NCBI GenBank assembly: GCA_028534125.1
Contig: CM052817.1
Coordinates: 68,946,001 to 69,010,000 of the forward strand
Direction: 5' to 3'
Source: Lama glama
Taxonomy: Eukaryota
DNA length: 64,000 nt
Position numbers and translations under genes: made by a program. The notes under the pieces are model-generated. The model saw only the letters and a list, made by a program, of their open reading frames with translations. It was not told the origin of the DNA and searched no databases. Position 1 is the stretch's first letter; every line of letters begins with the position of its first letter. This document shows, in pieces, positions 1 to 14,296 of the stretch.

Positions 1-129
1 ATGTTCTGAACTCTTCATGAACGAGTTTGAGGAGTTTTTCACATTTCCCTAAAGTACATTGGAATGTACACCACATTTTTTCACCAAATCTAGGGAATTG
101 GCAGTTCTCCTTGGTTCCACCTTAGTCTC

Positions 130-385
130 AGCATTGCAGCTGCCTCATGTCCATCAGTCACATTTCTTAAATCTATGGCCCAAATTGCTTACAAGACAGC
201 CTACTCCCCTCTCTCCTTACTCTTCCTTATTTTAGGTCCTAATTATCTCTTGGCTGAGTTACTATAACATCTTCTAAACTCAATTTTTTGCCTGTATTTT
301 ATCCTATTCTTAGTTTTCAAAGAGAAAATATGGCCATGCTATTGTACTGATGAAAGCCTTTCAAAGGCTCCCTGTTTTTCTGATT
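130..385 (+). mobile_element. Decayed L2 (LINE-2) fragment
   Basis: L2-like phrases 'attatctcttggctgagttactataacatcttctaa' and 'gaaagcctttcaaaggctccctgtt'; highly diverged. Confidence 0.5.
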
Positions 386-615
386 GCACAATCTTATTTA
401 TCAGAGTGATAAAAGATAACTTCCAAATGGAAAAATGAGAGGATACAGATTCAGTGTAAAATATTTCTAAATGGTTCACCATTCTCTTCAGGTAATATTG
501 CAAAGCAAACTAAATTCAGAACAAGATTAACCACTAATAATGGTGATTACAAGTCCATGTTTAAAATAACCTTATTTTTAATTTATTTTGCTTGACTTCA
601 AATCAGATCATTTTT

Positions 616-3600
616 ATAATGAATATATTTGACATACAACATTGTGTAAATTTAAAGTGTACAGTGTGTTAATTTGATACATTTATATATTGTAATGTGA
701 TTGCTGTTGTGGTGGTGGTTATCTCATTACATAATTATAGTACAGCATTGTTGTCTACATTCATTATACTATGAATTAAGTCTCTATGACTTATTTACTA
801 CTCATTGCAAGTTTTTACCCTTTAACAACATCAGTCTTATATCCCTAATCCCCTAGTAACCACCAGTTTGCTCTCTATTTTTTATGAATTTGACTTTTTT
901 AGATTTCACATCTAAGTGATGTCATATAGCACTTGTCTTTTTCTAACTTATCTCATTTAGCATAATATGCTCAAGGTCCATCCATGTTGTCACAGATGGC
1001 AGGATATCCTTCTTTCTCACACATGAATAATATTCCATTGTGTATATATACCACATCTTTTTTTATCCATTCATATATTAATGGCATTTAGGTTGTTTCC
1101 ATCTCTTGGCTATTGTGAATAATATTTCAGTAAAAAATGAGAGTGCATATAGCTCTTCAAAATTCTGTTTTCATTTCCTCTGGGCATATACCCAGAAGTG
1201 TAATTGCTGGATCATACGGTAGGTGTATTTTTAAATTTTTGAGGAACCTCCATATTGTCTTCCACAGTGGTTTGAACAATTTACATTCCCACCAACAGTT
1301 ATAAGGGTTCCCTTTTCACCACAGTCAGGCCAGCACCTGCTGTCTCTTCTTGATGCTAACCATTCCAACAGGTGTGAGGTGATACCTCATTGTGGTTTTG
1401 ATTTGCATTCCCGTAATGATTAGTGATGTTGAGCATCTTTTATGTGCTGCTTGTCCATTTTGATATCCTCTTTAGAAAGTATTTGTTTAGTTCTTTCACT
1501 CACTTTTAATTGGATGTTTGTTTTTATTTGTTATTAACTTGTATAAGTTCTTTATATAGTTTAGATATTAACCCTTTATCTGATTTATAGTTTGCAAAAA
1601 TTTTCTACCATTCTGTAGGTTGTCTTTTCATTTTGTTAATTGTTTCTTTCACTATGTGAAGCTTTTGATTTTGATGTACTCCCATTTGTTGATTCTTGCT
1701 TTTGTTGTTGGTGTTTTTGGCATCATGTCCAAAAAATCATTGGCAAGATCAATGTAAAGGAGATTCATCCCTATATTTTCTTCTAGGAGTTTTGTGACAT
1801 CAGGTTTTATGTCTAAGTATTTGATCCATTTCGAGTCGACAAGTGTGAGTAGTGTGAGATAGGGATTCAACTTTATTGTTCTGCATGCATTTCTCCAGTT
1901 TCCCCAGCATTATTTGTTAGGAGACTATGCTTCCTCATTGAATGTTCTTGGCTTCCTTGTTGAATATTTGTTGGTTATATATGTCTGGGTTTAATTGTGG
2001 GCTCTCTGTTCTGTTCCATTGGTTTATGTGTCTGTTTTTGTGCCAGTGCCATAAAATTCTTATTACTGTGGCTTTGTTGTATAGTTTGAAATCAGGATGC
2101 AGGGTACCTCCAGCTTTGTTCTTTTTTTCTCAGCATTGCTTTGGCTGTTTGAGGTCTTTTGTGGCTCCACATAAATCTGAGGATTCTTTCTTCTATTTCT
2201 GTGAAAAATTACTGATATTTTGATGAAAATTGTATTGGATCTGTAGATGGCTTTGGGCAGTATGGACATTTGAAGAGTATTTGTTCTTCTGATCCATAAA
2301 CATAAGATTTTAAAAATTTGTGTCTTGTTTTGATTTCTTTCAGCAAAGTTTATAGTTTTAATTGTACAGCTCTTTCACTTCCTTTGTTAAATTTAATTCT
2401 AAGTATTTTATTGTTTTATGATACTGTTGTGAATGGAATAGTTTTACTTCTTTTTCAGATATTTCATTATTAGTGTAAAAGAATGCAACTGATTTCTGTA
2501 TGTTACTTTTGTACCCTGCAGCTTTACTAAAACTGTTGATTAATTCTAACAGGTTTTTTGTTGACTCTTTGGCATTTTCTATATATAAATTCATTATCAT
2601 CAGCAAAAAAGCAGTAGCTTTGTTTCTTCCTTTTAAATGTAGATGCCTTTTATTTCTTTGTCTTGTCTAATTGCTCTGGCTAGGGCTTGTATTGAGTAAG
2701 AGTGGTGAGAGTGGGCATCCTTGTCTTGCTCTTGATCTTAGAGGAAAAGCTTTCAATTTTTCTCCATTGAGTATAATGTTAGCTATGGGTTTGTCAAATA
2801 TGACTTTTATTTTTTGAGGTATATTCCTTCTGTACCCAATCTGTTAAGGGTTTTTATCATGAAAGTGTATTGTATTTTATCAAATGCTTATTTTGTGTTT
2901 ATTGTAATGTTCATGTGATTTTTAAATTTTATTGATGTTATACATTGCATTAATTGACTGTATGTTGAACCATCATTGCATTCAAGGGATGAATCCCACT
3001 GATCATGGTACATTATCCTTTTGCTGTGTTCTTGAATTCAGTTTGCTAATATTTCATTGAGAATTTTTACGTCTATGTTCCTCAGGGATATTGATCTGTA
3101 GCTTTTTTTTCTTGTGGTATACCCTTATCTGGTTTTGGTGTCAAGGTAATGCTGGCTTCATAGAATGAACTTGGAAGTATTCTTTCTCCCTTGATATTTT
3201 GGAAGTGTTTGAGGAGGATTGGTGCCAATTCTTTAAATGTTTGGTAGAATTCACCAGTAAAACTGTCTGATACTGGAGTTTTCCATGCTGGCAGGTTTTT
3301 ATTATTGATTCAACTTCTTTGCTTGTTATTGGTCTGTTTAGATTTTCTGTTTCTTCCTTTCAGTCTTGGTAGGTTGTGTGTTTCTAGAAATGTATCCATT
3401 TCTTTTGGGTTATGTAATTGTTCATAGCAGTCTCTTATGAGCCTTTGTATTTATGAGTAGTATTAGTTGTAATTGTCCCTCTTCAATTTCTAATTTTATT
3501 TGAGTCTTCTCTGCTTTTTCTTACTTAATATAGGTAAAAGATGTCAATTTTGTTTATCTTTTCAAAAAACCAGCTCCTAGTTTTTCAGATTATTTCTATT

Positions 3601-6600
3601 GTTTTTCTGGTTTCTTTCATTTATTTCCACTCTGCTCCTTATTATTTCCTTCCTTCTGCTCACTTTGGGCCTAATTTGATCTTCTTTGTCTAGGTCCTTA
3701 AGGTAAAGTTAAGTATTTTATTTGAGATCTTTCTAATTTCTTAATATATGCATTTATTGCTGTAAACTTTATTCTCAAGACTGCTTTTTCTGCATCCTAC
3801 AAGATTTGATATGTTGTATTTCCATTTTCATTTGTTTTGAGATAATTTTTAATTTCACTTTTGATTTCTTCTTTGACCAGTTGGTTGTTTAGAAGTATGT
3901 TCAGTTTCTATATACTTGTACATCTTACCATTTTCCTGTTTTTGATTCCTAGTTTCATACCTTTGTAGTCATAATAGATAGTTGCTATCATTTCAATCTT
4001 CTTAAATTTGTTCAGATTTATTTTGTGTCCTGTTATATGACCTATCCTGGAGAATGTTCCATATGTACCTGAGCAGAATGTGTATTGTGCTACTGTTGGA
4101 TGAAATGTTCTTTATATGTCTGCTAAATTCATTTGTTTTAAAGTATGGTTCAACTCCAACGTTAATTGTTGATTTTCTGTCTGGACAGTCTATCCTTTTG
4201 ATAGTGGGGTACTCAAATCCCCTACTATAATTATATTGTCTATTTCTTCCTTAGGATCTGTTAGTATTTGCCTAATATTTTTTGGTACTCAGTGTTGGGA
4301 GCAAATATATTTATAATTGTTATATCTTCTTGATGTATTGACCCCTTTTTTAAATTATATAATAACCTTATTTGTCTCTTGCTACCATTTTTGGCTTGAA
4401 GGCTATTATGTCTGATAAAAGTATAGCTGTGCCCACTTTCTTTTGGTTTCTTCTTGCTTGGAATGTCATCTTCAGTCCTTCACTTAAGTCTGTATGTGTC
4501 TTTAGAGCTTAAGTGAGTCTCCTATGGGTAACATATAGCTGAGTCTTGTTTTTTACTCATCCAGCTACTCTGGGTTTTTTCCTTTTATATTACAATTTTT
4601 TTTTCAGTTTTCAGTTTTATTAGGTAAAATTGATACAATTTGACTGCATATATACAATATATTGAATGTAAATACATATATACAATATACTGCACATATT
4701 TTTAAAATTTACATATATGTATTGTTTATTGTTTCTAAGAAGTTTAGAGCTTTAGCTTTTTAAACTTACATAATTATGTTCTCACCAACAGTGTAGGAGG
4801 GTGCCTTTTTCTCCACACCCCTTCCAGCATTTATCATTTGTAGGCTTTTTAATGAGTGTTTTTTAAACACTGTATTTTGATTAGTGAGTTCAATCCATTT
4901 TTTCATTTATGGTGATTATTGATATGTAAGAACACACTATTGCCACTTTATCTTTTGTCTTCTGGTTATTTTGTATCTCCATTGTTTCTTTTTGTTACTC
5001 TTTCTGTCTACCTTTGTAAATTGGTGGTTTTCCATAGTAATTTGTGCAGTCTCTTTTGTGTGTATTTTGTGTCTCTGCTCTAGATTTTTGCTTTGTGATT
5101 ACCATAAGGTTTACATAAAACATCTCATAAATAAGAGTCATTTTCTGCTTGTAGCAGTATCTTTATTTGCTTATAAAGGTTCCATTCTTTTATTGCTCCC
5201 TTTCTGTTTTGATGTCACAAATTGTATCTTTTTAAACTTTGAATTTCTTTCAATTCTTACCAAATTGTAGTAACTACAGTTATTTTTAATACTCTCTTCC
5301 TTTAATATTTATGCTATAATTGTTTACAGACTATTCTAAAATAGAATTACAGTTTTCTAATTCTGACTGCCTATTTATCACCTTAGTCAGAGCTTTGTGT
5401 ACTTTTGTCTTCATTTCAGCTTGAAGAGCTCCTGCATACATTTCTTATAAGGCAGGTCTAGTGGTTGTGAACTCCTTTAGCTTCTGTTTGTCTGGGAAAG
5501 CCTTTATTTTCTCTTAGTACCTGAAGGGTAACGTTGTCAGATAGAGTATTCTTGGGTGGCAACTTTTATGTTTCGATAATTTGAATATGTCAGTCCACTC
5601 TTTCTTGGCCTTTAGATTTCTTACTGAGAAATCTGATGATGACCTAATGGAGTTTCCTTTGTGGGTGACTTTGTTTTATTCACTGATTGTCTTTAAAATT
5701 CTTTATCATTGTCTTTGACAGTTTCATTATAATGTGTCTTGGAGGTCTTTTTGCATTGGGACAATAAGGTGTTCTGTTAGCTTTGTGACTTGCCTATCCA
5801 GTTCTTCCCCAGGTTTTGGAAGTTTTCAACTGTTGTTTTATATAATAAACTCTCTGTCCCCTTCTTCCTCTCTTCTCCTTCTAGTGAACCCATTATTCAT
5901 ATGTTGACTTTTCTAATGGAGTTGATACAACTCTCATAGAGTTTCTTTACGTTTTAAAATTCTTAGTTCTCTCTTCTCTTCCATTTGAGTCATTTTTAAA
6001 TTCCTAACTTTCAGGTCATTTATTCTCTCTTCCATCTGATCTGCTCTATTTTCATTGCTTTCTAATGCATTCTTCATCTCATTTATTGAATTCTTCAGCT
6101 CCAGAATTTCTGTTTGGTTCTTTTTTTGACTTTACATTTCTTTGGTAAAGTGCTCCTTCTGTTTATTAATTTTATTTTTGTTTCTGAGTTCACTGAATTG
6201 CCTTTTTGAGTTTTCTTATATGTTTCTTGTTGAATTTCTTCCTAATAGCTATTTTAAATTAGCTATCAGATTGCAGTGTTCTGTGTCCTAGTTCAGTTGC
6301 TGGAGAAATGTTATTTTGCTTTTGTGATACCACATTATAATGATTTTTCATAGTGTTTAATGCAATATGCCTCTGATGCTACATTTGAGTTAGCAGACAA
6401 CTTTTTTATTTACGTAAGGCTTTGTTTACTTTGATTCTGACAATTCAACAGGTTGACAGAAGTCTTTCTTCTGTTTTCCAGAAGGTGGCACTATAGCACA
6501 TGTTTTTGGTTTCTGATACTGGCACTGACTTGAAGCTAAAGTTGAGGGTGCTCCAATTGAAAAAGAAAAAAAAAAAGCTGGTGTTAAAAAAAAAAAAGCT

Positions 6601-7128
6601 GATGGCAAGAGTTGGGGGAGGTGTGTTCTTAGTGCCTGGGGTCTTGCCCAGTAGAGGGTAGATCCAGAGGGAATGGGGGAGTCCAAGAGGTTTGTGGGCA
6701 GATCTTTTGCTGAACTCTGGTACAGACAGCATGAAACATATTTCTTCAGTTCTCTCTCTGCCTTCTTCTCTTTAATTTCCTGCCCCCCAATCATGGAAAC
6801 CTCTCTTCAGAAATCTGGTTGGTGAAGAGCAATGAGATCCTCCATCTGCAGCCTCCTTGGCCAGGCTGACTTTCACATTCTGCCACCTCTCCTAGAGAGT
6901 TTGCCACTGCCACTGGCGTTGGTGTCACTGCCACCACCACCCCACTGCTACTTCTGCTGCAACCCCCTTGACTCTGTATCCTCTACTGTGGACTAATTCC
7001 ACCCACTTTTGGATAAATGTTCTGGTGTGCTGTGCAAGAAACTTTGGTGATTAATGTCCAATTAGTAGTAAGTCAAAAGGGGGAAAAAAGGAACCACTCA
7101 CACTGCCATCATGCTGACCCAGATCTTC
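616..7128 (-). mobile_element. Near full-length, inactive ancient LINE-1 (L1MA9-like/laurasiatherian): 3'UTR ~616-1000, ORF2 remnants ~1000-4950, ORF1 remnants ~5400-6300, 5'UTR to ~7128
   Basis: Minus-strand ORF fragments match L1 ORF2: 1652-1870 'DSKWIKYLDIKPDVTKLLEENIG', 2063-2269 'MSILPKAIYRSNTIFIKI', 2358-2606 '[36 protein letters not shown]'. ORF1-type sequence at ~5420-5650. Degenerate target-site duplication (TSD) aaatca(ga)tcattttt at 600-615 and 7131-7144, followed by AA. Confidence 0.93.
4575..4870 (-). mobile_element. Second L1-derived fragment nested in the older L1 (T-rich tail plus a piece of the ORF2 3' end)
   Basis: Interrupts host L1 continuity (ccagctactctg ... tattttgattagtgagttcaatcc). 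Contains 'caccaacagtgtaggagggtgcctttttctccacacccttccagcattt', homologous to the L1 ORF2 3' region seen at ~1290 and ~60380. Confidence 0.65.
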
Positions 7129-7619
7129 TTAAATCATCATTTTTAACCTTATAACATGGCCGATGAAATGTCAGCTCTACCATGCTTTCATTGCTATGTT
7201 TGCATTATTATCATTATATTTAAAGTGTTGTTTCTTTTTAAACCATTGATCTGTGTTGTGTTAATTTCATTCAAAATATAGTTTATGTTGATAAACTTAG
7301 AGATTTAATTCATAATATAGTTAATTCAGCACAGCAAGAGTACATTATTTTGAAATACTCAAAAAGCATACACATAGACTTCTCTGAGAACTTTCTTCCT
7401 GTATACCTTGTATTCCATAGGAAATATTCTGATTACCTCACATAGTATGAGTTAGGGATCTATTGGTCCATATTTATTATAATTAAATCCGAACTTCTTT
7501 CCCATTTTAAAATAAAATAAATAAAAATATAATTTGTAATAAATTCTATATACATATGACAAGGAGAGTCATCTTTCACACCCAACTTTAGAGATGTGTC
7601 GTATAAAATAAAATTTAAA

Positions 7620-10440
7620 CTCCTTAATGTAGTTCTTACTTATGATTGGTGTTTGCATGATATCTATTTTCATCAGCTTGCTTTTAGCCTATTCAGATTT
7701 TTATATTTAAAATAGGTTTAGATGTTTAGCTTATTGCTGGTCTTACTTTTTGTGTTCTAACAATATTTGTCTTTTAATTGGAATATTTAGACCATTTACA
7801 TTTAATGTTATTGTCAATGCGGTCTGCTTTAAATCTACCATCTTGCTGTTTGTTTTCTATTTATCCTATCTGTTCTTTTTGCCTATTACCACTTTATTTC
7901 CTTCTTTTGAAGTTTTAATGTGTGTCTTTAATTCCAATATTGATTTATTTCCTTTTTTTCATAGTTGTTCTGCTTTTCAAATTTTATCTTTACCTTATTA
8001 CAGTCTGTCCTTCAATATTATGTCACTTTTTACAATAGTATACTTCCATTACCTCCTCTCATTCTAGGTGCTCTTGTTGTCATACATTTTATTCTATATT
8101 TGCCATATCCCCTATAATAATAATGTATTATTATTGTTACTATTCTTTTACTTCAGTCAACTATAGTTTAAAACAAAATTTTAAATGAGGAAACATCTTT
8201 TATATTTACTGTTTTCAGTATTATTCTTTATTAGAGTTCCAGATTTCCATTTGTTGTAATTTTACTTCTAACATTTTTATGTAACATTTCTTATAGTGCA
8301 AAGCTGCTGGTAACAAATTCTTTCTGTTTTTGTTTACCATAAGGAAAAGTTTTCTTTGTCTTTTGCCTTTATTTTTAAGGGTATTTTCTCTGGATATGAA
8401 AGCTGCTTCTTTTGGTAGTTTAAAGATGTTGTTCCATTTTATCTGGATTGAATATGTTATGATGAGAAATCTGTGATCATTATTATCTTTGTTTCTGTAA
8501 TGTGTAAGGGTTCTACAGAGAAACAGAATCTATAGACTAGATAGGTAAATAGGTAAACAGATGGATAGATATATAGGCAGGCAGATAGGTAGGTAGGTAG
8601 ATAAATAGATGAGGCAATTTGTTGTGGGAATTGGCTCACATGATTAGGGAGGACACAAAGTACCACAATTTGTTGTCTTTAGACTGTAAGCCTAGGGAAG
8701 CAGGTGGTGTAGTTCCAGTACAAATCTGAAGGCCTGAGAACTAGGGGAGCTAATAGTATATGTCCTAATTTGAGTCCAAGGATCCTAGAACCAGGAGGAC
8801 CTATGTACAAGGGTAGAAGAAAACACATGTCCCAGCTCAAACTAGAGAGCAAATTCTCCCTTCCTCCACCTTTTTGTTCCATTCAGACCCTCAGCCAGTT
8901 ATATGATGCCCACCCACATAGGTCATGGTGATCTTTATTCAGTCCACTGATTCAAATGCAAAACTCTTCTGGAAACACCCTCCCACACACCCAGAAATAA
9001 TGTTTTATCAGCCATCTGAGCATCCCTTAGCTCAGTCAAGTTGATACATATGTTAACTGTCACATGTAGGCTTTTTTCCCTCTAGCACTTAAATTTTTTT
9101 TCTCTTTATTGCTGATTTTTCATAATTTGATAATGATGTGTCTTAGTGTGATTTTTGTTGTGTTTATCTTGTATTGATTTCATTTAGCTTCTTGGTTTTG
9201 TGAGATTAGAGTTTATCTTCTGTGAAAAATTTTTCAGCATGTTTTTTCAAATTTTTTTTGTCCTTCACTCCCCCAACACACACACTGTGTAATTATAATT
9301 ACGCATATAGTAAGCCTGTTAACATTGCCCCATAGGTCACTGAGGATCTTTTTATTTTGTTTTTAGTCTTTTTAATTCTCTGTTACTCAGTACCATATTT
9401 TCTTTTGCTATGGTCCAAGGTAACTGATCTTTTCTTCTAAAGTATCTAAGCTCTTATTAGTTCCATGCAGTAAATTTTTTATTTCACTTGTTTTGTTTTT
9501 CATCGCTAGAAATTCCTTTTAATTATTTTCCATATCTTCCATGTCTATTATGTCTGAATTTTCTTTTTTTCTTTAAATTATCAAGCATATGGAACATATT
9601 TTTAATGGCTGTTTTATGATCCTTATTAAGAGAATGTTTCTAGTTTCTGATTTTCCTCCTGACATGTTTATTGGTATATCTTGTTATTTTTTCATTGTGT
9701 GGGACGTTGTGAATGTTACATTGTTGAATGTCTGCATTTTATTCTGGCTTATTAGATGCAAATAATAAAGTTACTTATAGATTGGCTAAAACTCTTTGAG
9801 GTTTATTTTTAACATTTTTCAGAGCAGACTTAGAATAGTCCAGTAATAGTTTATCCTTTGTGCTTAGGTATATTCTTCCTGGGATTTCTACTGAATGCTA
9901 TTAGTGACCAATGATGGATCTCCACTTTTTGCTGGTCAGAGTTTGAATATCTCCCAGCCCTATAAAAGCTCTTGGAATTGGTTGCTTACCACTTCTCAAT
10001 TTTTCTTTGATCAATCTCATAGAATTGCATCATATACTGCAGTAGCTTAGTGTTCAGTGTAATGTCAGAAGACTTCTGAGTATTTCTAAAGCATCTTTTT
10101 CAGCCTGAAACTCCTTGCTGAAACTTTCTCCCATAATGCCAACTTCTTCAGGTTTCCTCTCAGATAGAAAAATTCAGTGAGATTTCTGGGCTCTACTTGG
10201 AATTTCTCTCTCTACACAATATTTTGGAATGTGACTCCAAGCAGAAATCTGAGACAGTTGTAAGGCTCATCTTAACTTATTTACTTCCGTCAGTGATCAC
10301 AGTCTTGCCCTTTTGGTTATTAAATGTCTAAAAACAGTCATTTCATATATTTCTCCTGCTTTCTAGTTATTTACTGTCATGCGGAGTAAATCTGTTGCAT
10401 GTTGCTTCTCCATAGCCAGAAATTGTTTCAGTTTTGATAG
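7620..10440 (-). mobile_element. Old L1M fragment(s) (ORF2 start/ORF1/5' portion), split by an MLT2 LTR
   Basis: L1M-typical 'ttttaattggaatatttagaccatttacatttaatgttattg', 'gctgctggtaacaaattctttctgtttttg', 'gatgagaaatctgtgatcatt'; resumes after 9064. Confidence 0.7.
8501..9064 (-). mobile_element. MLT2 (ERVL) solo LTR, MLT2B-like
   Basis: TG...CA ends. Reverse complement of the MLT2 consensus (agggttctacagagaaacagaa ... cccagaaataatgttttatcagccatctgagcatcccttagctcagtcaagttgatacata). 5-bp TSD tgtaa (8496-8500) / tgtag (9065-9069). Internal (tagg/taga)n tract. Confidence 0.92.
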
Positions 10441-13284
10441 TTTGTTTTTTTAAAGAGAAGTTTCATTTCACTTAATTTTTTAAATATTTATCTAGATACA
10501 GATTTATTTTTATCTATCCTTCTTGTTACATGTTACGAATTTTTACACATGCAGAGTCATTTTTTCTAATCAATCCTCAAAAGTTCTACAGTACCACAGA
10601 ATTACATCTTCTCTATTCCCTCTTTTGTTATTGTCACTCTGATTAAATGTATGTTAAACTTTCTCATTCTATCTTACATTTTTCTTAAATGTTCTTTAAT
10701 ATTATTAATCCTTTTGACTCTCTGACTCATTTTGGATAATTTCTTCAAATTTTTTTTCACTTGACCTTTTTCTTGTCTGTCTCATCCACTGTTAGTCAAT
10801 TCACTGAATGTATTTATTTTAAATTTTAGCTATTATATATCTTATTTCTCAGAGTTATTCGAATTCATTCATTATCAAATATTTCACGTCATCTTATAGT
10901 CATTTGGTTTTGACTTTTAAATTTTATCTTATATTTAAGTATTTCAAACATGTCTTTTAAAGATATCTAGCAATATCTAGCCAATCTCTTGACTTTCACT
11001 TATGATAACTTATTTCCTTGGTAATTTTACTTGGGAATCCTGGAGTCCTAAATCCGTATTAATTTTCTCTGTAGAAGATTTACTTTAATTTCTTGCTTTT
11101 TCTGAGATCCTAGTGGTACTGTGAACCTGGGACTTCAGTACCCTTCAACTAGCTCTCCTAATTCAGGAATGTCATATTTAACTCTTACACATTGTCATAG
11201 GCTCTGGGTACTAGTTTTAGGGCAAGCCTAGCTTTTTTATGTGCTTGTTGATTCTTATTTTTCAAGATTCAGTTCACTATTCTCAGTTAATTATTTTATA
11301 TTTGAGATTTCCTTGTTTTGTGAGCATTGTAATGCTTTTAAAATGTGTGTGTTAAATTTATCTTTACTGGACTGGAAAAGACCTTCTGTGTATCCCAGGC
11401 ATATATCTTCATACAGGAGAAAGAAGAAATCCCTACCTCTGTTTTACTTTCATCTCTTGACCCTTCCCTTCTTTTGCCTTGTGTTGTAGCAGGACCAAAT
11501 TCCTTGATATAATTGAGTATGTGAACTTACATACTTTTTCCTAGGCATACTCTTCTACCACTTGTCTGCTTGATATATTTTTGTTCTTTCTTCAATACTC
11601 AGTTAAAGTATCACTGCATCTTTGAAACATTCTTGGAATAGAATTATGGATATCTCATTCATATCACCGATCTTTGCACAACATTGGAAATCAAGTTTAT
11701 TTCAATTAAAAAAAGAAATCATTGCCCAAAACCTCAAAAACCCCAATCTTTGTGCATAAATCTGAAAATACCTTGCATCACAATGAAATAAAACTATTTA
11801 ATAAGTTTTCCTTCTATTTTAGTTGTATACTTTTTAGCCATGGTTTTCTTTTTTCATTTTCACATCTCATCCTTAATGTAGTATAGGATACAGAGTGAAT
11901 ATTAAGAAATGTATTCAATGAATGGATATTATTTCAATATAATTGATATCAAGGAAGAGTAATGTTTTCACATCTGAGGTAATAATACATGCTAACATGA
12001 GTGCTGGTCTCTGTGAGTCCCAGAAAAGGAAGAGCCAAAAATTTTAAATTTTTCAGCAGCCAAGTATAATCTAGAGGGAGGTTTCCCTAATTCTCATTTG
12101 TTTCTCAGATATGTAATTTGGTAACTTTAGGTATTAAAGACAATTACCTACTCAAAACACTATTACTCTACCTATTAAGCAATATTCTAGTAGAAATTTG
12201 ACTATACAGGTTCCCTACAGATAAAAGAATAAAAAGTCAAAGTGGATACTATAGTTTCACCCTGTTAGAATTTCTGTTTTTCATATAGTAGGTATCCTAA
12301 TTTTGCATATCCTGATGACAGTGATTCTTACATGTGTCAATTGATCAACAAATACATGCATGTGCAGAAGTGAACATCATACCTTAGACTTGAGGTAGCC
12401 TCAAAAAATTGTTTCAGTTTTTATAAAATAAAGTATAATATAATCAAGTAGTAAAATTCTGAGTTCTAGAGCCAAGGGCATCTTTTCTAATGTTATTCAT
12501 GAAGTAACATAGAGGTTGTGACTTTTCCACAAAGCTGGAGACATTTTTCAATTAGTATTTGAGCCAAGTGGAATCTACTGTTTTAACAACAAGAAGAACA
12601 AACAGAATACCTATAAAATGTGTCTCATTATAGCTGCACAATTCAGAGACAGAGCTAAGATATCTAGAGTGTGCCTGAGCTAGCACGCAAAGCTGAGAGA
12701 CAAAGTTGCAACTGCTGTTGTACAGAAGGCTTGGTATGGGGGACAGAACTAATCTAAGGACCCATAGTTAAGAACGGACATAATTAAACCCAGAGAACTA
12801 ATTGGCTCTCTACTTAAAGCCTTACTTCTGAGTACTTACAGAGAGATCAAAAGAGCTTTGTAATTGATTTTTAAAATCATGTTAGAAAAAAATATCTATT
12901 TCAGCCCAGAATGTCATGGGTCATAAAGAGGTTTGTGGAAAGACAATACAAAACTGGAAGGTGACAGAGACATTTTCCTTAGCTATTTACTGGCTAATGT
13001 TTCAACATTTCCCAGTGAGGAATTTTGAAATCAGTGCCAAAATCATATTAGCACTGTAGTTTATTAAACACATACACACACTTACGTATTTATGCTGAAG
13101 TTAAATATTTAGAAAATGGTATACTGTACCACTAAAAACATCCTTTTGTGTGTGTGTGTATAGTTCTGAGTCAAAAAACTGAATTTTGGTATTGTTATCT
13201 CAATAAGAAATATACTCAAATGAAAATTACAAGCAAGAATAAGATGCTTTTAGTTGACAGACTTGGTAAGCTGCACATCTGGTG

Positions 13285-13715
13285 TTTAATTCTTTTTTGA
13301 ACTCCAGTCCTATGCATCCGGTGTCACTTGGGTATCTGATGGAGATATCAAATTTTCTTTCCAATCAAAACTGCTTCATCTACATTCTAAATTCTTTCAG
13401 TGTATGGAAACTTCATCTTTCCTGTTGCTTGTGTCATAACCTGGGAGTTATATTAAATATTTTTTCTTTTATACATTCCTTCTAAAATATCAGGAAATCC
13501 TGTTTGTTCTACGTTTAAAATATAACTAGTGTCAAATGACTTATCTCCACTACCCCCACCCTTGTCAAAGCCACCATCATCTTCCACCTAAGTTATTGCA
13601 ATAACCTGTTAGTTGCTCTCCTTCATTGCATCCTGTTTCATCAACAGTTTCACAAGCATTTAGAACAATGGCACATTATAGGTGCTCAATAAATATTTAT
13701 AGAGTGAATGGATGT
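13285..13715 (+). mobile_element. L2 fragment including the 3' end
   Basis: 'ccttgtcaaagccaccatcatcttccacctaagttattgcaataacct' and terminal 'ggcacattataggtgctcaataaatatttatagagtgaatgg'. Confidence 0.8.
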
Positions 13716-14296
13716 ATAAGCAGAATATTCTTTTTTGCTGTGCCTTGTGTAACTAGGGACACTTGTGGTGTCACTTAGTTCCTTCAGTCATCATCAGCTG
13801 TGACATCTACAGTTAACTTTTAAAAATGAATAAGTTAAAATTTATTATAAAATGTTTCATACACCAAAGTATACAGTAATATCCTATAGTTTACAGGAAA
13901 TAATAAGTTATTTAGGAAATAAAACATTATATTTGAAGCCTCCTGTTTAGCCTTCCATAACTGTATCTATCCCTTTTCCCTCTAAAATCCTAATTATTAT
14001 ATCTTTACTTTTCTGACTGGTAATTAAGAAACTTAGTAGTTTAACCATAGACATATGTGATTTTGAAAATAGAAAATTTAAGTTGGTAAAAATAGAACTA
14101 TTTCTTTGCAGGTTGTTTATTTTCATTAGCTTTAGTTTAATTGTCCTATGTTTAATATGTCCAAAGGGTATGCTGTCTTGTTAAAATTGATCTGCCTGTA
14201 ATAGTTTTAGGTATTACTTTCCCACCTCTACTTTTACCATAGCCCCCTTTTTTTCTTACAAAAGAAAGGAACATTTATCCTTACAATACCTTGCTG

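Noticed and set aside
6426..6794. 122-aa minus-strand ORF
   Set aside because: Lies in the L1 5' region and is built partly from poly-T runs (poly-Phe); no recognisable domain.
8530..8612. Short repeated units as a possible array (CRISPR-like)
   Set aside because: A degenerate (TAGG/TAGA)n microsatellite inside an MLT2 LTR; no repeat-spacer structure was seen anywhere in the window.
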